Source: Vibrio vulnificus CMCP6 | GTDB taxonomy: Bacteria; Pseudomonadota; Gammaproteobacteria; Enterobacterales; Vibrionaceae | Assembly (NCBI RefSeq): GCF_000039765.1 | Contig: NC_004460.2 | Location: forward strand, 1,200,001 to 1,232,000 | DNA length: 32,000 nt | Direction: 5' to 3' | Part shown: piece by piece, positions 16,532 through 26,239 of the stretch | Layout of the letters: the number at the start of each line of letters is the position of its first letter | Numbering within the stretch: position 1 is the stretch's first letter | The notes under the pieces: generated by a model | What the model was told of the DNA's origin: nothing | Seen by the model: the letters and a program-made list of their open reading frames with translations, nothing else | Database searches by the model: none | Program-made: the position numbers and the translations under genes

Positions 16532-17923
16532 ATGAGCAGTGAAAACTACAATAAGCTCAGTCGTGAAGAGCTCGATTTTGTAGATGACAAAACCGCCGCT
16601 TTGCTTCTAAACACACCGACCAATGCCCGCCTGATGTTGTGGGTGATTGTCCTATTTTTCGCCGTCGCCATCGGTTGGGCTGCTTGGGCCGAAATCGATA
16701 AAGTCACCGTCGGCCAAGGAAAAGTGATTCCCTCTTCTCAAATCCAAATCGTGCAAAACCTCGAAGGCGGATTGGTGAAAGAGATTTTGGTCAAAGAGGG
16801 CCAATTGGTTCAAAAAGGCCAGCAGTTACTTTTGATTGACGATACCCGTTTTCGCTCCGACTACCGTGAGCGCGAGCAGCAAGTTGCCAACTTAACCGCC
16901 GCGGTTTTGCAGTTAACCAGCTCAATCGACAGCGTGGAAATTGATGAAGAATTTACCAACGCAGAATGGGAAAAGAGTGTGGTGATCAAATATGGTCAGT
17001 TAGCCTTTCCTGCCGAGCTGGAACAACAGCAGCCAGAACTTATCGCCCGTCAACGTGCGGAATACCGCCAAGATCTCAACAACCTACGTAACCAAATCTC
17101 GGTACTGACTCAGCAAGTCAAACAGAAGCAGCAAGATCTGGTTGAGATTCAAGCGCGAGTGAAAAACCTCCGTCAAGGGCACGTGTTTGCCAAGAAAGAG
17201 TTGGAGATCACCCAACCTTTGGCAGACGAAGGCGTCGTACCGAAAATTGAACTGCTCAAATTGCAACGCCAAGTGAATGACACGCGCCGTGAGCTCACCT
17301 CGACTGAGCTGAAAATTCCTGTGCTTCAATCCACCATTCGTGAAGCCATGCTTAGCCGCATTGATGCCGCACTGAAATTCCGCTCAGAACAGCAAGAGAA
17401 ACTCAACAAAACCCAAGATCAGTTGTCGGCCTTAGTGGAATCCGCCGTGGGTCTGCGTGACCGAGTCAAACGCACCGTCGTTATTTCGCCTGTTACCGGC
17501 AAGATCAAAACTCTTAACATTAACACCGTCGGTGGGGTTATCCAGCCGGGTATGGACATCGTTGAGATCGTACCCACAGAAGATTCCTTGTTGGTGGAAG
17601 CGAAAATCGCACCGCAAGACATCGCCTTTTTACGCCCCAATTTACCTGCCGTGGTCAAGTTTACCGCTTATGACTTCACCAAATATGGCGGCTTGGATGG
17701 CGAGCTGGAGCACATCAGCGCCGACACCACCCAAGATGAAGAAGGCAACAGTTTTTATATCGTGAGAGTTCGAACCGAAAAAACCAACTTTGGCCAAGAT
17801 GCTGAGCTGCCCATCATTCCGGGCATGACCGCTTCTGTGGATATTATTACTGGCAAGCGAACGGTACTTGAGTACCTGCTTAAACCGATACTAAGCGCAC
17901 AAAATAATGCCCTTAAAGAGTAA
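16532..17923 (+). CDS. lapC: Type I secretion membrane-fusion protein (HlyD family), LapC-like
   Basis: 463 aa. N-terminal TM segment (LMLWVIVLFFAVAIGWAAWA), long coiled-coil middle region and the HlyD C-terminal barrel motif (PGMTASVDIITGKRTVLEYLLKP). It lies in a cluster with lapG, lapD and lapB. Confidence 0.85.
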   Translation: MSSENYNKLSREELDFVDDKTAALLLNTPTNARLMLWVIVLFFAVAIGWAAWAEIDKVTVGQGKVIPSSQIQIVQNLEGGLVKEILVKEGQLVQKGQQLLLIDDTRFRSDYREREQQVANLTAAVLQLTSSIDSVEIDEEFTNAEWEKSVVIKYGQLAFPAELEQQQPELIARQRAEYRQDLNNLRNQISVLTQQVKQKQQDLVEIQARVKNLRQGHVFAKKELEITQPLADEGVVPKIELLKLQRQVNDTRRELTSTELKIPVLQSTIREAMLSRIDAALKFRSEQQEKLNKTQDQLSALVESAVGLRDRVKRTVVISPVTGKIKTLNINTVGGVIQPGMDIVEIVPTEDSLLVEAKIAPQDIAFLRPNLPAVVKFTAYDFTKYGGLDGELEHISADTTQDEEGNSFYIVRVRTEKTNFGQDAELPIIPGMTASVDIITGKRTVLEYLLKPILSAQNNALKE

Positions 17924-17930
17924 GCCACAC

Positions 17931-18644
17931 ATGGCGCGCGAACGATGGAGTCGATTCACGCGTGCCACCTTCCATACCGGACGCTGGGTTTTACTGGCGG
18001 GGCTCAGTATGGCTGGTTTTTACTCTCAAGCGCTCAATACCACAGAGCAAAAATGGATTGATGCGGTCACTGCGACCTATGGCGAGCGCGCGGGACAACG
18101 CGTCAACACTTGGCGTGAAAACATTGATTTCTTTAAGTTATTAGAAGAAAACGAAAAGCTAGAAGGCATTAACGACTTTTTTAACCAACTCTATTTTGTC
18201 GACGACATCGACCTATGGGGACAAAAAGACTATTGGGCGACCCCTCTAGAATTTTTGGGCAGTAATGCGGGCGATTGCGAAGATTTCACAATTGCTAAGT
18301 ATTTTTCTTTGATCGAACTGGGAGTCTCAGATAGTAAACTCCGTTTGGTATACGTTAAAGCAATAGAACTCAATCAGTTCCATATGGTTTTGGCATACTA
18401 CAAAACGCCCAGCTCAGAACCGCTGATCTTGGACAACATCAATCCCAAAATCATGAAAGCGTCAAAGCGCCCAGACTTACTGCCGATTTACAGCTTTAAC
18501 GGTAAAAATCTTTGGTTGATGAAATCTGCCAACGCCAATGGTCAATTGGCGGGTGATTCATCACGACTAAGCCTATGGAACGATCTCCGTTCCAGAGAAA
18601 AAACACTCAAATTGAATAAACCTATTATCAATTATGACGAGTAA
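17931..18644 (+). CDS. lapG: Periplasmic transglutaminase-like cysteine protease LapG (BTLCP/DUF920)
   Basis: Signal-peptide-like N-terminus (WVLLAGLSMAGFYSQA). Cys-His-Asp candidates GDCEDFTIAKY, FHMVLAY and ILDN. An alternative ATG at 17907 would overlap lapC. Confidence 0.85.
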   Translation: MARERWSRFTRATFHTGRWVLLAGLSMAGFYSQALNTTEQKWIDAVTATYGERAGQRVNTWRENIDFFKLLEENEKLEGINDFFNQLYFVDDIDLWGQKDYWATPLEFLGSNAGDCEDFTIAKYFSLIELGVSDSKLRLVYVKAIELNQFHMVLAYYKTPSSEPLILDNINPKIMKASKRPDLLPIYSFNGKNLWLMKSANANGQLAGDSSRLSLWNDLRSREKTLKLNKPIINYDE

Positions 18645-20563
18645 TGAGCATGACACTATATAAACAACTCGTGGTTGGTATGATTACAGTCTTTGTACTG
18701 CTGATGGCATCAGTCTTTGTAATCGAATTCAATACCACTCGGAATAGCCTAGAGCAGCAACAACGCTCTGAGATGAATAACACCATCAACACGGTAGGAT
18801 TGGCGCTAGCCCCTTACCTAAAAGACAAAGATAAGGTGGCGGTGGAATCCGTGATCAACGCTTTGTTTGATGGCAGTTCGTACTCGGTAGTGCGATTGAT
18901 TTTCCTCGATTCAGGGGAAGAGATCATTCGTACCTATCCGATACAACCGAGCTCCGTGCCCACTTGGTTTAGTCAACTAAACCTGTTCCAACGTATTCAC
19001 GATCAGCGCATCGTGACCAGTGGCTGGCTGCAGCTTGCTGAGGTGGAAATTGTCAGCCACCCAGGCGCGGCTTACGAACAGCTTTGGAAAGCGTTAATGC
19101 GTCTGCTCACCGCATTTGCTGGGGTTTTCTTCATCGGCCTGCTCTCTATCGCGTATATTTTGAAACGTTCATTGAAACCTCTTACTGCCATCATTGATAA
19201 GATGAACGACATCGCCAACAACAAGTTTGGCGACCCTTTGACTCGTCCTCATACCAAAGATCTGATTGCCGTGGTTGACGGCATCAACCGCATGTCTGCT
19301 CAAATTGAAGTCTCTTTTAAAGAGCAAGCGAAAGAAGCGCAACGCTTGCGTGAACAAGCCTATATCGACCCTATCTCGAAACTGGGCAACCGCTCTTACT
19401 ACATCAGCCAATTGGATCAATGGCTGGCGGAAAATGCGCCAGGTGGCGTAGCGGTGCTTAACGCGGAATACATCGGTGAAGTGTACGACAGCAAAGATTA
19501 TCAATCGGCGGACCGCATGGTAGCTGAGCTTGCCAAACAGCTCGACAGCACCATCTCAATCCCAGGGGCGACGCTTGCGCGTATTTCCAGCGATGAATTT
19601 GGTTTGATTTTCCCGCACATGGATGAAAGCGAACTGAAAATTGTCGCCGACAGCATTGTGAACTGTGTGAACATGCTCAACACCGATCCAACCGGCACGG
19701 CAGATGCCAAAGTGGCGCTGGGTATTGCTTACATCAAAGAGAGCAAAACCCGCTCAGAAATGCTCTCTATGGTGGATAACGCCCTATCGAAAGCCAAAGC
19801 CACACCAGAGAAGAAATACGGCTTTGTCGGCAGTGACAGCCAAGGTGGCATGATGGGTAAACAGCAGTGGAAAGCGCTGGTTGAAGAGGCGATCCACAAT
19901 CAATGGGTTCACTTCCGTTTCCAAGCGGCGAACACCATCAATGGTCAAACCTTCCACCGAGAAGTGTTCTCAAGCATCGAAAAAGATGGCCAAATTTACC
20001 GCGCCAACCAATACCTTTACGCACTCGAACAGCTTGAAGCGACCCATATCTTTGACCAGTACGTCATCACCTCAATGATTGAAAAACTGCAAACGGGTTT
20101 GGTGGCCGAGCCATTGGCAATCAACATCGCTCAAAGCAGTTTGTCACAACCAAGCTTTATTCGCTGGATCACCAACACGCTAGAGAAAAACCGTGATGTG
20201 GCGTCTTTGCTTCACTTTGAGATCCCAGAAGAGTGCTTTATTCAGCAGCCACACCACGCGGCACTGCTGTGTCATGCCATTCGCACATCAGGCGCAGAAT
20301 TTGGTGTCGACAACTATGGGCGTAACTTCCAATCGCTCGATTACATCAACGAATACCGTCCAAATTACGTGAAACTGGATTACCTGTTTACCCATAATCT
20401 GGATGACGAAAAGCAGAAATTCACACTGACTTCCATTTCTCGCGCAGCGCACAACCTTGGCATCACTACCATTGCCTCTCGTGTGGAAACGCAAACGCAG
20501 CTTGATTTCTTGTCAGAACATTTTGTTGAAGTATTCCAGGGCTTCATCGTAGATAAAGAGTAG
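18644..20563 (+). CDS. lapD: LapD-like inner-membrane c-di-GMP receptor (periplasmic output domain, HAMP, degenerate GGDEF, degenerate EAL)
   Basis: 639 aa with two TM segments flanking a ~130-aa periplasmic domain. The GGDEF position reads SSDEF. The EAL position reads EVF, DNYG replaces DDFG, and SRVE replaces EGVE. The start overlaps the lapG stop (TAATG). Confidence 0.85.
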   Translation: MSMTLYKQLVVGMITVFVLLMASVFVIEFNTTRNSLEQQQRSEMNNTINTVGLALAPYLKDKDKVAVESVINALFDGSSYSVVRLIFLDSGEEIIRTYPIQPSSVPTWFSQLNLFQRIHDQRIVTSGWLQLAEVEIVSHPGAAYEQLWKALMRLLTAFAGVFFIGLLSIAYILKRSLKPLTAIIDKMNDIANNKFGDPLTRPHTKDLIAVVDGINRMSAQIEVSFKEQAKEAQRLREQAYIDPISKLGNRSYYISQLDQWLAENAPGGVAVLNAEYIGEVYDSKDYQSADRMVAELAKQLDSTISIPGATLARISSDEFGLIFPHMDESELKIVADSIVNCVNMLNTDPTGTADAKVALGIAYIKESKTRSEMLSMVDNALSKAKATPEKKYGFVGSDSQGGMMGKQQWKALVEEAIHNQWVHFRFQAANTINGQTFHREVFSSIEKDGQIYRANQYLYALEQLEATHIFDQYVITSMIEKLQTGLVAEPLAINIAQSSLSQPSFIRWITNTLEKNRDVASLLHFEIPEECFIQQPHHAALLCHAIRTSGAEFGVDNYGRNFQSLDYINEYRPNYVKLDYLFTHNLDDEKQKFTLTSISRAAHNLGITTIASRVETQTQLDFLSEHFVEVFQGFIVDKE

Positions 20564-20575
20564 TAAGGTTATCTC

Positions 20576-22690
20576 ATGAAAGATCCATTATTAAATTCGC
20601 TGATTTACGTCAGCCGCTATTACGGCTTAGCGAATTCACCGGATGCCCTGATCAACGGCTTACCGTTATCAGATGGTAAACTCACGCCCTTTCTCCTGCC
20701 TCGCTCCGCTGAGCGAGCAGGCTTAGTTGCAAAAGAAAACCGTGCTGAGCTGAGCGAAATCTCCAGCCTTGTCCTGCCCGCCATTTTGCTGCTGAAAGGC
20801 GGTGATTCTTGCGTACTCATCAGCGTCAACAAAGAGGCAGGTGAAGCGGAAATCACCACGCTCGAAAGCGGCTTGGTGCCCGTTCTCATCCCTCTTGAAG
20901 AACTGCAACAGCAATATACTGGGCGTTATTTCTTGGTGAAAAAGCAGTTTCGTTACGATGAACGCTCACCAGAGATTCTCAAAACACGCGAAGGGCACTG
21001 GTTTTGGTCAACGTTATGGCAGTCTAAACACATCTATCGTGATGTGCTGATCGCCTCAATCCTGATCAACTTATTTGCCATCGCCGCGCCGATGTTTACC
21101 CGTATTGTCTATGACAAAGTGGTGCCAAACCTCGCGTTTGAAACCCTATGGGTGTTGGCGAGCGGGATTTTTGTCGTCTTCCTATTCGACTTCATCCTCA
21201 AAATGCTGCGCAATTACTTCATCGACGTGGCGGGGAAAAAATCCGATATTCTGATCTCCTCCAAGCTGTTTAGCAAAGTGATGGGCATTCGAATGGAGTC
21301 CAAACCGCCATCGGTTGGTGCTTTTGCACGTCATTTGCAAGAGTTTGAATCCATTCGCGAGTTCTTTACCTCGGCCACCGTCAGCGCGCTGATTGATTTG
21401 CCATTTGCCTTACTCTTCCTCCTGCTTATCTGGCTGATGGCTGGCGATTTAGTGTATGTGCCGATCGCAGGCGTGGTGATTTTGATGATTCACTCTGCGC
21501 TGATCCAAGGTCCGCTGCGCCGCTCCATTGAAGAAGGTTCACGCTTGGCATCGCAGAAATACGCCAACCTGATTGAGAGCTTAGCGGGTTTAGAAACCGT
21601 GAAACTGTTTAGCGCACAAGGCCAGTTCCAATACCGCTGGGAAGAAGCCGTCGCACACATGGCGAACTGGAACATCAAGACTCGCCGACTCACCGACAGC
21701 ATCCAAAATGCCGCTGGTTTTGTGCAGCAAAGTGCCAACGTGGCGATGATTATTTTAGGCGTTTATTTGATTTCGAACGGCGACCTTACCATGGGTGGCT
21801 TGATTGCGGCCACGATGCTCAGTGGCAAAGCGATTGGTCCACTGGTTCAGCTTTCTCTGCTTTCGACTCGTTATAATCAAGCCAAATCCTCCATGACCAT
21901 CATTAACCAAGTGATGGAAATGCCCGACGAGCAGGAAGAAGGCAAGCGCTACATTCACCGCCCTATGGTGCAAGGCAAAGTGGAGCTGGATCGCGTCACC
22001 TTCCACTACCCAGATGCACCAATAGCATCAGTTCGTGATTTAAGCATCACCATCAACCCAGGTGAAAAAGTGGCGATCATTGGCCGAATTGGCTCAGGCA
22101 AAACCACCTTAGAGCGCCTGATCATGGGTCTTTATCAACCCACCGCCGGGCACGTACGCATTGACGATACCGACATTCAACAGCTCCATCATGTCGATAT
22201 TCGCCGCAACATTGGCTGCGTACCGCAAGACAGCAATCTGTTTTTTGGCACCATTCGCGAAAACATCACCTTAGGCCGACCTCTTGTGGATGACCGTGAT
22301 GTACTCGATGCCGCAAACCGCGCTGGGGTCACCACGTTCACCCAAGCCGATCCTGCTGGCCTAGAGCGCCAAGTCGGTGAAGGCGGCGCTATGCTCTCAG
22401 GTGGCCAGCGTCAAGCGGTGTCCATCGCTCGTGCCTTCCTTGGCAGACCACCGGTGTTGCTGATGGATGAGCCCACCAGCGCAATGGATAACCGCTCTGA
22501 AATGCAGATCAAATATCAGCTTTCTCAGCTCAAACCGAGTGAAACGCTGATTTTGATCACCCATAAAACCTCGATGCTGGACGTAGTCGACCGCGTGATT
22601 GTGATGGAAAAAGGCAGCGTGATTGCTGATGGTCCAAAAGCGCAAGTGCTGAGTGATCTCAAACAAGGCAAAGTTCGCGCAGTCAGCTAA
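20576..22690 (+). CDS. lapB: Type I secretion ABC transporter (C39-like N-domain, TMD, NBD), LapB-like
   Basis: 704 aa. Walker A GRIGSGKTT, signature LSGGQRQ, Walker B VLLMDEPTS. The N-terminal ~130 aa resembles the peptidase-C39-like domain of HlyB-type exporters. Confidence 0.88.
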   Translation: MKDPLLNSLIYVSRYYGLANSPDALINGLPLSDGKLTPFLLPRSAERAGLVAKENRAELSEISSLVLPAILLLKGGDSCVLISVNKEAGEAEITTLESGLVPVLIPLEELQQQYTGRYFLVKKQFRYDERSPEILKTREGHWFWSTLWQSKHIYRDVLIASILINLFAIAAPMFTRIVYDKVVPNLAFETLWVLASGIFVVFLFDFILKMLRNYFIDVAGKKSDILISSKLFSKVMGIRMESKPPSVGAFARHLQEFESIREFFTSATVSALIDLPFALLFLLLIWLMAGDLVYVPIAGVVILMIHSALIQGPLRRSIEEGSRLASQKYANLIESLAGLETVKLFSAQGQFQYRWEEAVAHMANWNIKTRRLTDSIQNAAGFVQQSANVAMIILGVYLISNGDLTMGGLIAATMLSGKAIGPLVQLSLLSTRYNQAKSSMTIINQVMEMPDEQEEGKRYIHRPMVQGKVELDRVTFHYPDAPIASVRDLSITINPGEKVAIIGRIGSGKTTLERLIMGLYQPTAGHVRIDDTDIQQLHHVDIRRNIGCVPQDSNLFFGTIRENITLGRPLVDDRDVLDAANRAGVTTFTQADPAGLERQVGEGGAMLSGGQRQAVSIARAFLGRPPVLLMDEPTSAMDNRSEMQIKYQLSQLKPSETLILITHKTSMLDVVDRVIVMEKGSVIADGPKAQVLSDLKQGKVRAVS

Positions 22691-22713
22691 CCATCACTCC
22701 CTCTCACTACCAA

Positions 22714-22748
22714 CGCCCTGACCAGAACCTGTTCAGGGCGTTTTTTTA
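22714..22748 (+). terminator. Intrinsic terminator after lapB
   Basis: CGCCCTGA-N11-TCAGGGCG followed by T7. Confidence 0.8.
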
Positions 22749-22772
22749 TCTGCAAAAATTCGCTCCCGCCTC

Positions 22773-22803
22773 TTGACCTCAAGTTAACTTGAGGAATTAA
22801 CCT
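22773..22803 (+). promoter_or_regulatory. SoxR-box (MerR-type) promoter: -35 TTGACC, 19-bp spacer containing CCTCAAGTTAACTTGAGG, -10 TAACCT
   Basis: The perfect 18-bp palindrome at 22777-22794 matches the SoxR operator core of the E. coli soxS promoter as I recall it. The overlong 19-bp spacer is the MerR-family hallmark. It lies ~55 nt upstream of the oxidoreductase start. Confidence 0.75.
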
Positions 22804-22855
22804 TGCGCCACTTGAACATAGCAAGCCATGAATATCCGCGACTAAGGAGCATATT

Positions 22856-23410
22856 TTGAAGAAAATCGCCGTTGTTTATTTCAGCAAAACCGACATCACC
22901 CACCAACTCGCTCAAGCCATCATCGCAGGCATTCACGCGCAAGATGTGCAGGTCGTCGAACACCGCATTGAGGGGGCCGCTATTATTGAAGGTCGTTTTG
23001 AACACCCAGAACTGTTTGAAGCGCTCTTTAGCTGCGACGCGATTATCTTTGGCTCGCCAACCTACATGGGTGGTGTTTCCGCCCAATTTAAAGCCTTTGC
23101 TGATGCCAGTAGCGAATTCTGGGCCGATCAACGCTGGGCCAATAAACTGGCAGCAGGGTTTACCAGCGGTGGGGGTTACAACGGTGACCAATCCAGCACC
23201 CTTCAATACCTAACCACCTTCGCCGCTCAACACGGTATGTTGTGGGTCAACTTAGACGTGGCAGGCGGCTTTAGTCCGCAAGGGTTAAACCGACTTGGGC
23301 AACAAAGTGGCATCGTGGCACAAGGTATGGAAGGCCAAGCGCACCCGAGCGATTTGGCCACCGCTCAATACCTTGGCGAACGCGTTGCACAGTGGGTAAC
23401 GCGTTTGTGA
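22856..23410 (+). CDS. Flavodoxin-like fold NAD(P)H-dependent FMN oxidoreductase (WrbA/quinone-reductase-like)
   Basis: 184 aa. MKKIAVVYFSKT...GSPTYMGGVSAQFKAFADAS is typical of flavodoxin-like FMN reductases. TTG start with AAGGAG 6 nt upstream. Confidence 0.75.
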   Translation: MKKIAVVYFSKTDITHQLAQAIIAGIHAQDVQVVEHRIEGAAIIEGRFEHPELFEALFSCDAIIFGSPTYMGGVSAQFKAFADASSEFWADQRWANKLAAGFTSGGGYNGDQSSTLQYLTTFAAQHGMLWVNLDVAGGFSPQGLNRLGQQSGIVAQGMEGQAHPSDLATAQYLGERVAQWVTRL

Positions 23411-23418
23411 TGTGAACG

Positions 23419-23445
23419 GCCCCTCCTAGTGAGAGGGGCGTTTTT
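23419..23445. terminator. Terminator hairpin between the convergent oxidoreductase and dcuC-like genes
   Basis: GCCCCTC-ctagtga-GAGGGGC followed by gTTTTT on the + strand. Confidence 0.7.
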
Positions 23446-23447
23446 GA

Positions 23448-24914
23448 CTACGCAGACGCCTGCTCTGGTTGAACGGCTTTGCGCTTACGCAACAGCCATG
23501 CACCAACGCCGACGGCCACTAGCATCAGCACCAAGAACGGCAACAGTTGCATCAGTTGGCCGCCACGTGCAAACGTCATCGCCAACATCAATAGCCAGCC
23601 AATAAACATCGGGATAAAGGTTCTGCGCACGATATCAAAAGGCGAGAGCCCAGAAATACCAGCAACCGCGATGATCACCCCGGCGATGGGAGAGATTGTA
23701 CGCCCCATTCCCGCAGAAAGCTGGATAGGCAAAATCATGTCTGCCGCGTTGGCACCAATTTTCTGCGCGATTTGCGGCACCATAGGAGCAAAGGAGAAAA
23801 AGGCTGCATTCCCCGAGCCCATTAAGGCAGAAATGGTGAAGGTTAAGATCGCCATAAACAGGATGATGATGGCGGCAGATAGGCCCGCCCCGCTGGCCAT
23901 CTCAAGCATGGCATCAATGGCACCAATCGATTTCAAACCCATCGAAAACGTCTGACCCGCGACAATCAAGGTCACTACTGCTGCGAACACCTTACCCATG
24001 TCATTGAAGATGCCTTGAAGCTTGTCAAACACCGGTTTGGCTTGTTTGACTCGAACAAACTCGCACACCAATCCAATGAAAATACTCAGCAAAATCGCAT
24101 TGGCTAAGCTCACCTTAATGCTCTCAATGCCCAATTTGCTGAAAGTCAGCATGAAGAACAGCGGCAACATCGGCAGCAGCAAATAGAACATGGGGGCATC
24201 ACTTTGTGCATCGTCCACGTGAGCCAGCGAGTCTTGCTCGGCATTCGACTTCTCATCCAATCTGTCAAAGTAGCGCTGCGTTAAGGCGTGAATCAGTGCC
24301 ACAGCGATGATCAGCACAGTGACAATCGGCAGCTGCTCGCCAACAAAAAACGCCGTGATGTCCATGCCCGCAGTTTGCGCGGCAAGAATCGAGTTACCTG
24401 ACGCTGGGCCAAACTCAATCGCACAGGTACTGGCCAGCACCGCCGCCACGCCCGCTTTGCTACAGCCCAAGCGAATCAACACTGGGTATAACGTCGCCAT
24501 AAGCAGCAGAGCTAACCCCGTCGCGCTTGAGATAAACAGCGACAAAGCTTGACCAAGAATGAAGGCCAACGCCAGCATCAAATAGGGTGAATTGAGCTTC
24601 ATCAACGGCTTAGCTGCCACTTTGACCATCACCTGACTGGCGCCAATGGCCGACATGAACAGCGCAAAACCACCAATCAGCATGATGTTCAAACCCAAAC
24701 CACCACTTTGCTTGCTAAACACTTGGCTGATGTACTCAAAAATGTCGAAGCCCACCCAACCGGTCGATTTCGCAACAAAGCTGGCGTTGTTGGTGAAGAT
24801 GGAGATCGCCATCAACACAATCCCAGTAAAGAATAGGACCGCTTGCGGGTTGTAATTCTTCAAGATCAAACGGCCAGCAAACACCAGCCCTAATAACGCA
24901 ATAATTAAGCTCAT
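23448..24914 (-). CDS. dcuC: DcuC-family (anaerobic C4-dicarboxylate transporter family) membrane transporter
   Basis: 488 aa, polytopic. Collinear with E. coli DcuC as recalled (KPL..LNSPYL; SSATGL..LLMATL.PV; GSGNA.F..F). It starts 10 nt after the iadA stop. Confidence 0.75.
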   Translation of the reverse strand: MSLIIALLGLVFAGRLILKNYNPQAVLFFTGIVLMAISIFTNNASFVAKSTGWVGFDIFEYISQVFSKQSGGLGLNIMLIGGFALFMSAIGASQVMVKVAAKPLMKLNSPYLMLALAFILGQALSLFISSATGLALLLMATLYPVLIRLGCSKAGVAAVLASTCAIEFGPASGNSILAAQTAGMDITAFFVGEQLPIVTVLIIAVALIHALTQRYFDRLDEKSNAEQDSLAHVDDAQSDAPMFYLLLPMLPLFFMLTFSKLGIESIKVSLANAILLSIFIGLVCEFVRVKQAKPVFDKLQGIFNDMGKVFAAVVTLIVAGQTFSMGLKSIGAIDAMLEMASGAGLSAAIIILFMAILTFTISALMGSGNAAFFSFAPMVPQIAQKIGANAADMILPIQLSAGMGRTISPIAGVIIAVAGISGLSPFDIVRRTFIPMFIGWLLMLAMTFARGGQLMQLLPFLVLMLVAVGVGAWLLRKRKAVQPEQASA

Positions 24915-24923
24915 CTTAGTTCC

Positions 24924-26060
24924 TTACTCGAAGTTGCCTGTCACCAACAGCTCATGATTGAGCAGCATGGTTTGTCCTTTAGCGAGCACGCTATTTAAGG
25001 AGAAGTCTTGATTGAAAATACACAGATCCGCATCCATTCCTACTTGGATTCGCCCTTTGCGAATGCCAAGCGAATCCGCCACGTTGGCACTGAGCATCGA
25101 GAACGCCACCTCAGGTGAAATTCCACAATCAATCAGCATCGGAAGCAGTTTAAGGTTGCCATCCACGCTCGCCGCCGTCAGGCCAATGATGTTTCCTTGC
25201 GCATCAAATTTCGGCAAGCTGCCATTGCCATCGGAACTGATGGTGATGTGCGAAGGAGCAACCCCTTGCTCCAAGGCGTGCAAAATCGCCTCTTGCGGTG
25301 AGGTGTATAAGGTGCCTCCGGAGGTGACATCGATATAGCCGCCCATTTTGGCGAACTCAATCGCTTGCTCAAACAGCGGAGCCGTACGGGCAACGTGAGT
25401 GGGTGAAAAATGGTAGATAGGGATGCCCATTTGAATCAATTCAAATATCGGTGCAAACGCGTCTTTTAACGCCCCCATGTGCATGTGGAGTAAACCGCGT
25501 TTTTTCGCCAGCAACGCGGCGATGCGAATGTCAGAGGCTATGCGGGCTAACTCATGCAGAGACGGAAAAGAACAACGATGATCGGCGATAGCGATTTTGA
25601 CCCCGAGCACCGAAGGCAGAAAGGTAATGTCATCACGAATGGAAGAAGTAATGGTTTGGGTAGGGACTTCATACGATCCGGTGTGCATGAAGGCTGTGAT
25701 GCCCTCTTCGGTTAGCGCTGCAGCCTTGGCGTACAAATCACGCGGCGAACGTGAAATGCCATCCGTCCCCAACACCCCAACGACCGTGGTGCTTCCCGCT
25801 TGAATCAGGTGCGATAAAGTAACCTGTGGAGTGCGACTGGCAAAGCCCGCTTCACCGCCGCCGCCCGTCAAATGGAGGTGCTGATCAATCAAACCGGGCG
25901 TGACCATTTTATGGTGACAATCGATCTGCGTAACCGCTTCAAGCCCGTGAAGATTCAGTTGTGGCTCGATGGCGAGAATTTTCCCTTGCCCAACCAATAT
26001 ATCGACGTTTCCGACATGATTTGGGGCGTAGAGATCGGCATTTTTTAGTAGGGTAAACAT
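24924..26060 (-). CDS. iadA: Isoaspartyl dipeptidase (amidohydrolase superfamily)
   Basis: 378 aa from the internal Met (MFTLLKNADLYAP...). GLIDQHLHLTGGGGE metal-binding motif. GAGGA SD precedes ATG 26060. The track's 35-aa extension is rejected. Confidence 0.85.
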   Translation of the reverse strand: MFTLLKNADLYAPNHVGNVDILVGQGKILAIEPQLNLHGLEAVTQIDCHHKMVTPGLIDQHLHLTGGGGEAGFASRTPQVTLSHLIQAGSTTVVGVLGTDGISRSPRDLYAKAAALTEEGITAFMHTGSYEVPTQTITSSIRDDITFLPSVLGVKIAIADHRCSFPSLHELARIASDIRIAALLAKKRGLLHMHMGALKDAFAPIFELIQMGIPIYHFSPTHVARTAPLFEQAIEFAKMGGYIDVTSGGTLYTSPQEAILHALEQGVAPSHITISSDGNGSLPKFDAQGNIIGLTAASVDGNLKLLPMLIDCGISPEVAFSMLSANVADSLGIRKGRIQVGMDADLCIFNQDFSLNSVLAKGQTMLLNHELLVTGNFE

Positions 26061-26239
26061 GCGTTCCTCGTTCTTTGTTTTTGGTATTTCCTTGCTCTGC
26101 CCATCCCCATATCGCTCTCGACACAGGCTTATGCAAAGCACCATGACGACAGCATAACCACACATTTAATACAGGTATTGTCATTTCCATTGCTGATTAA
26201 GAATGATACTATGCGCGCAAATCATAGAGTGAAAACGTC

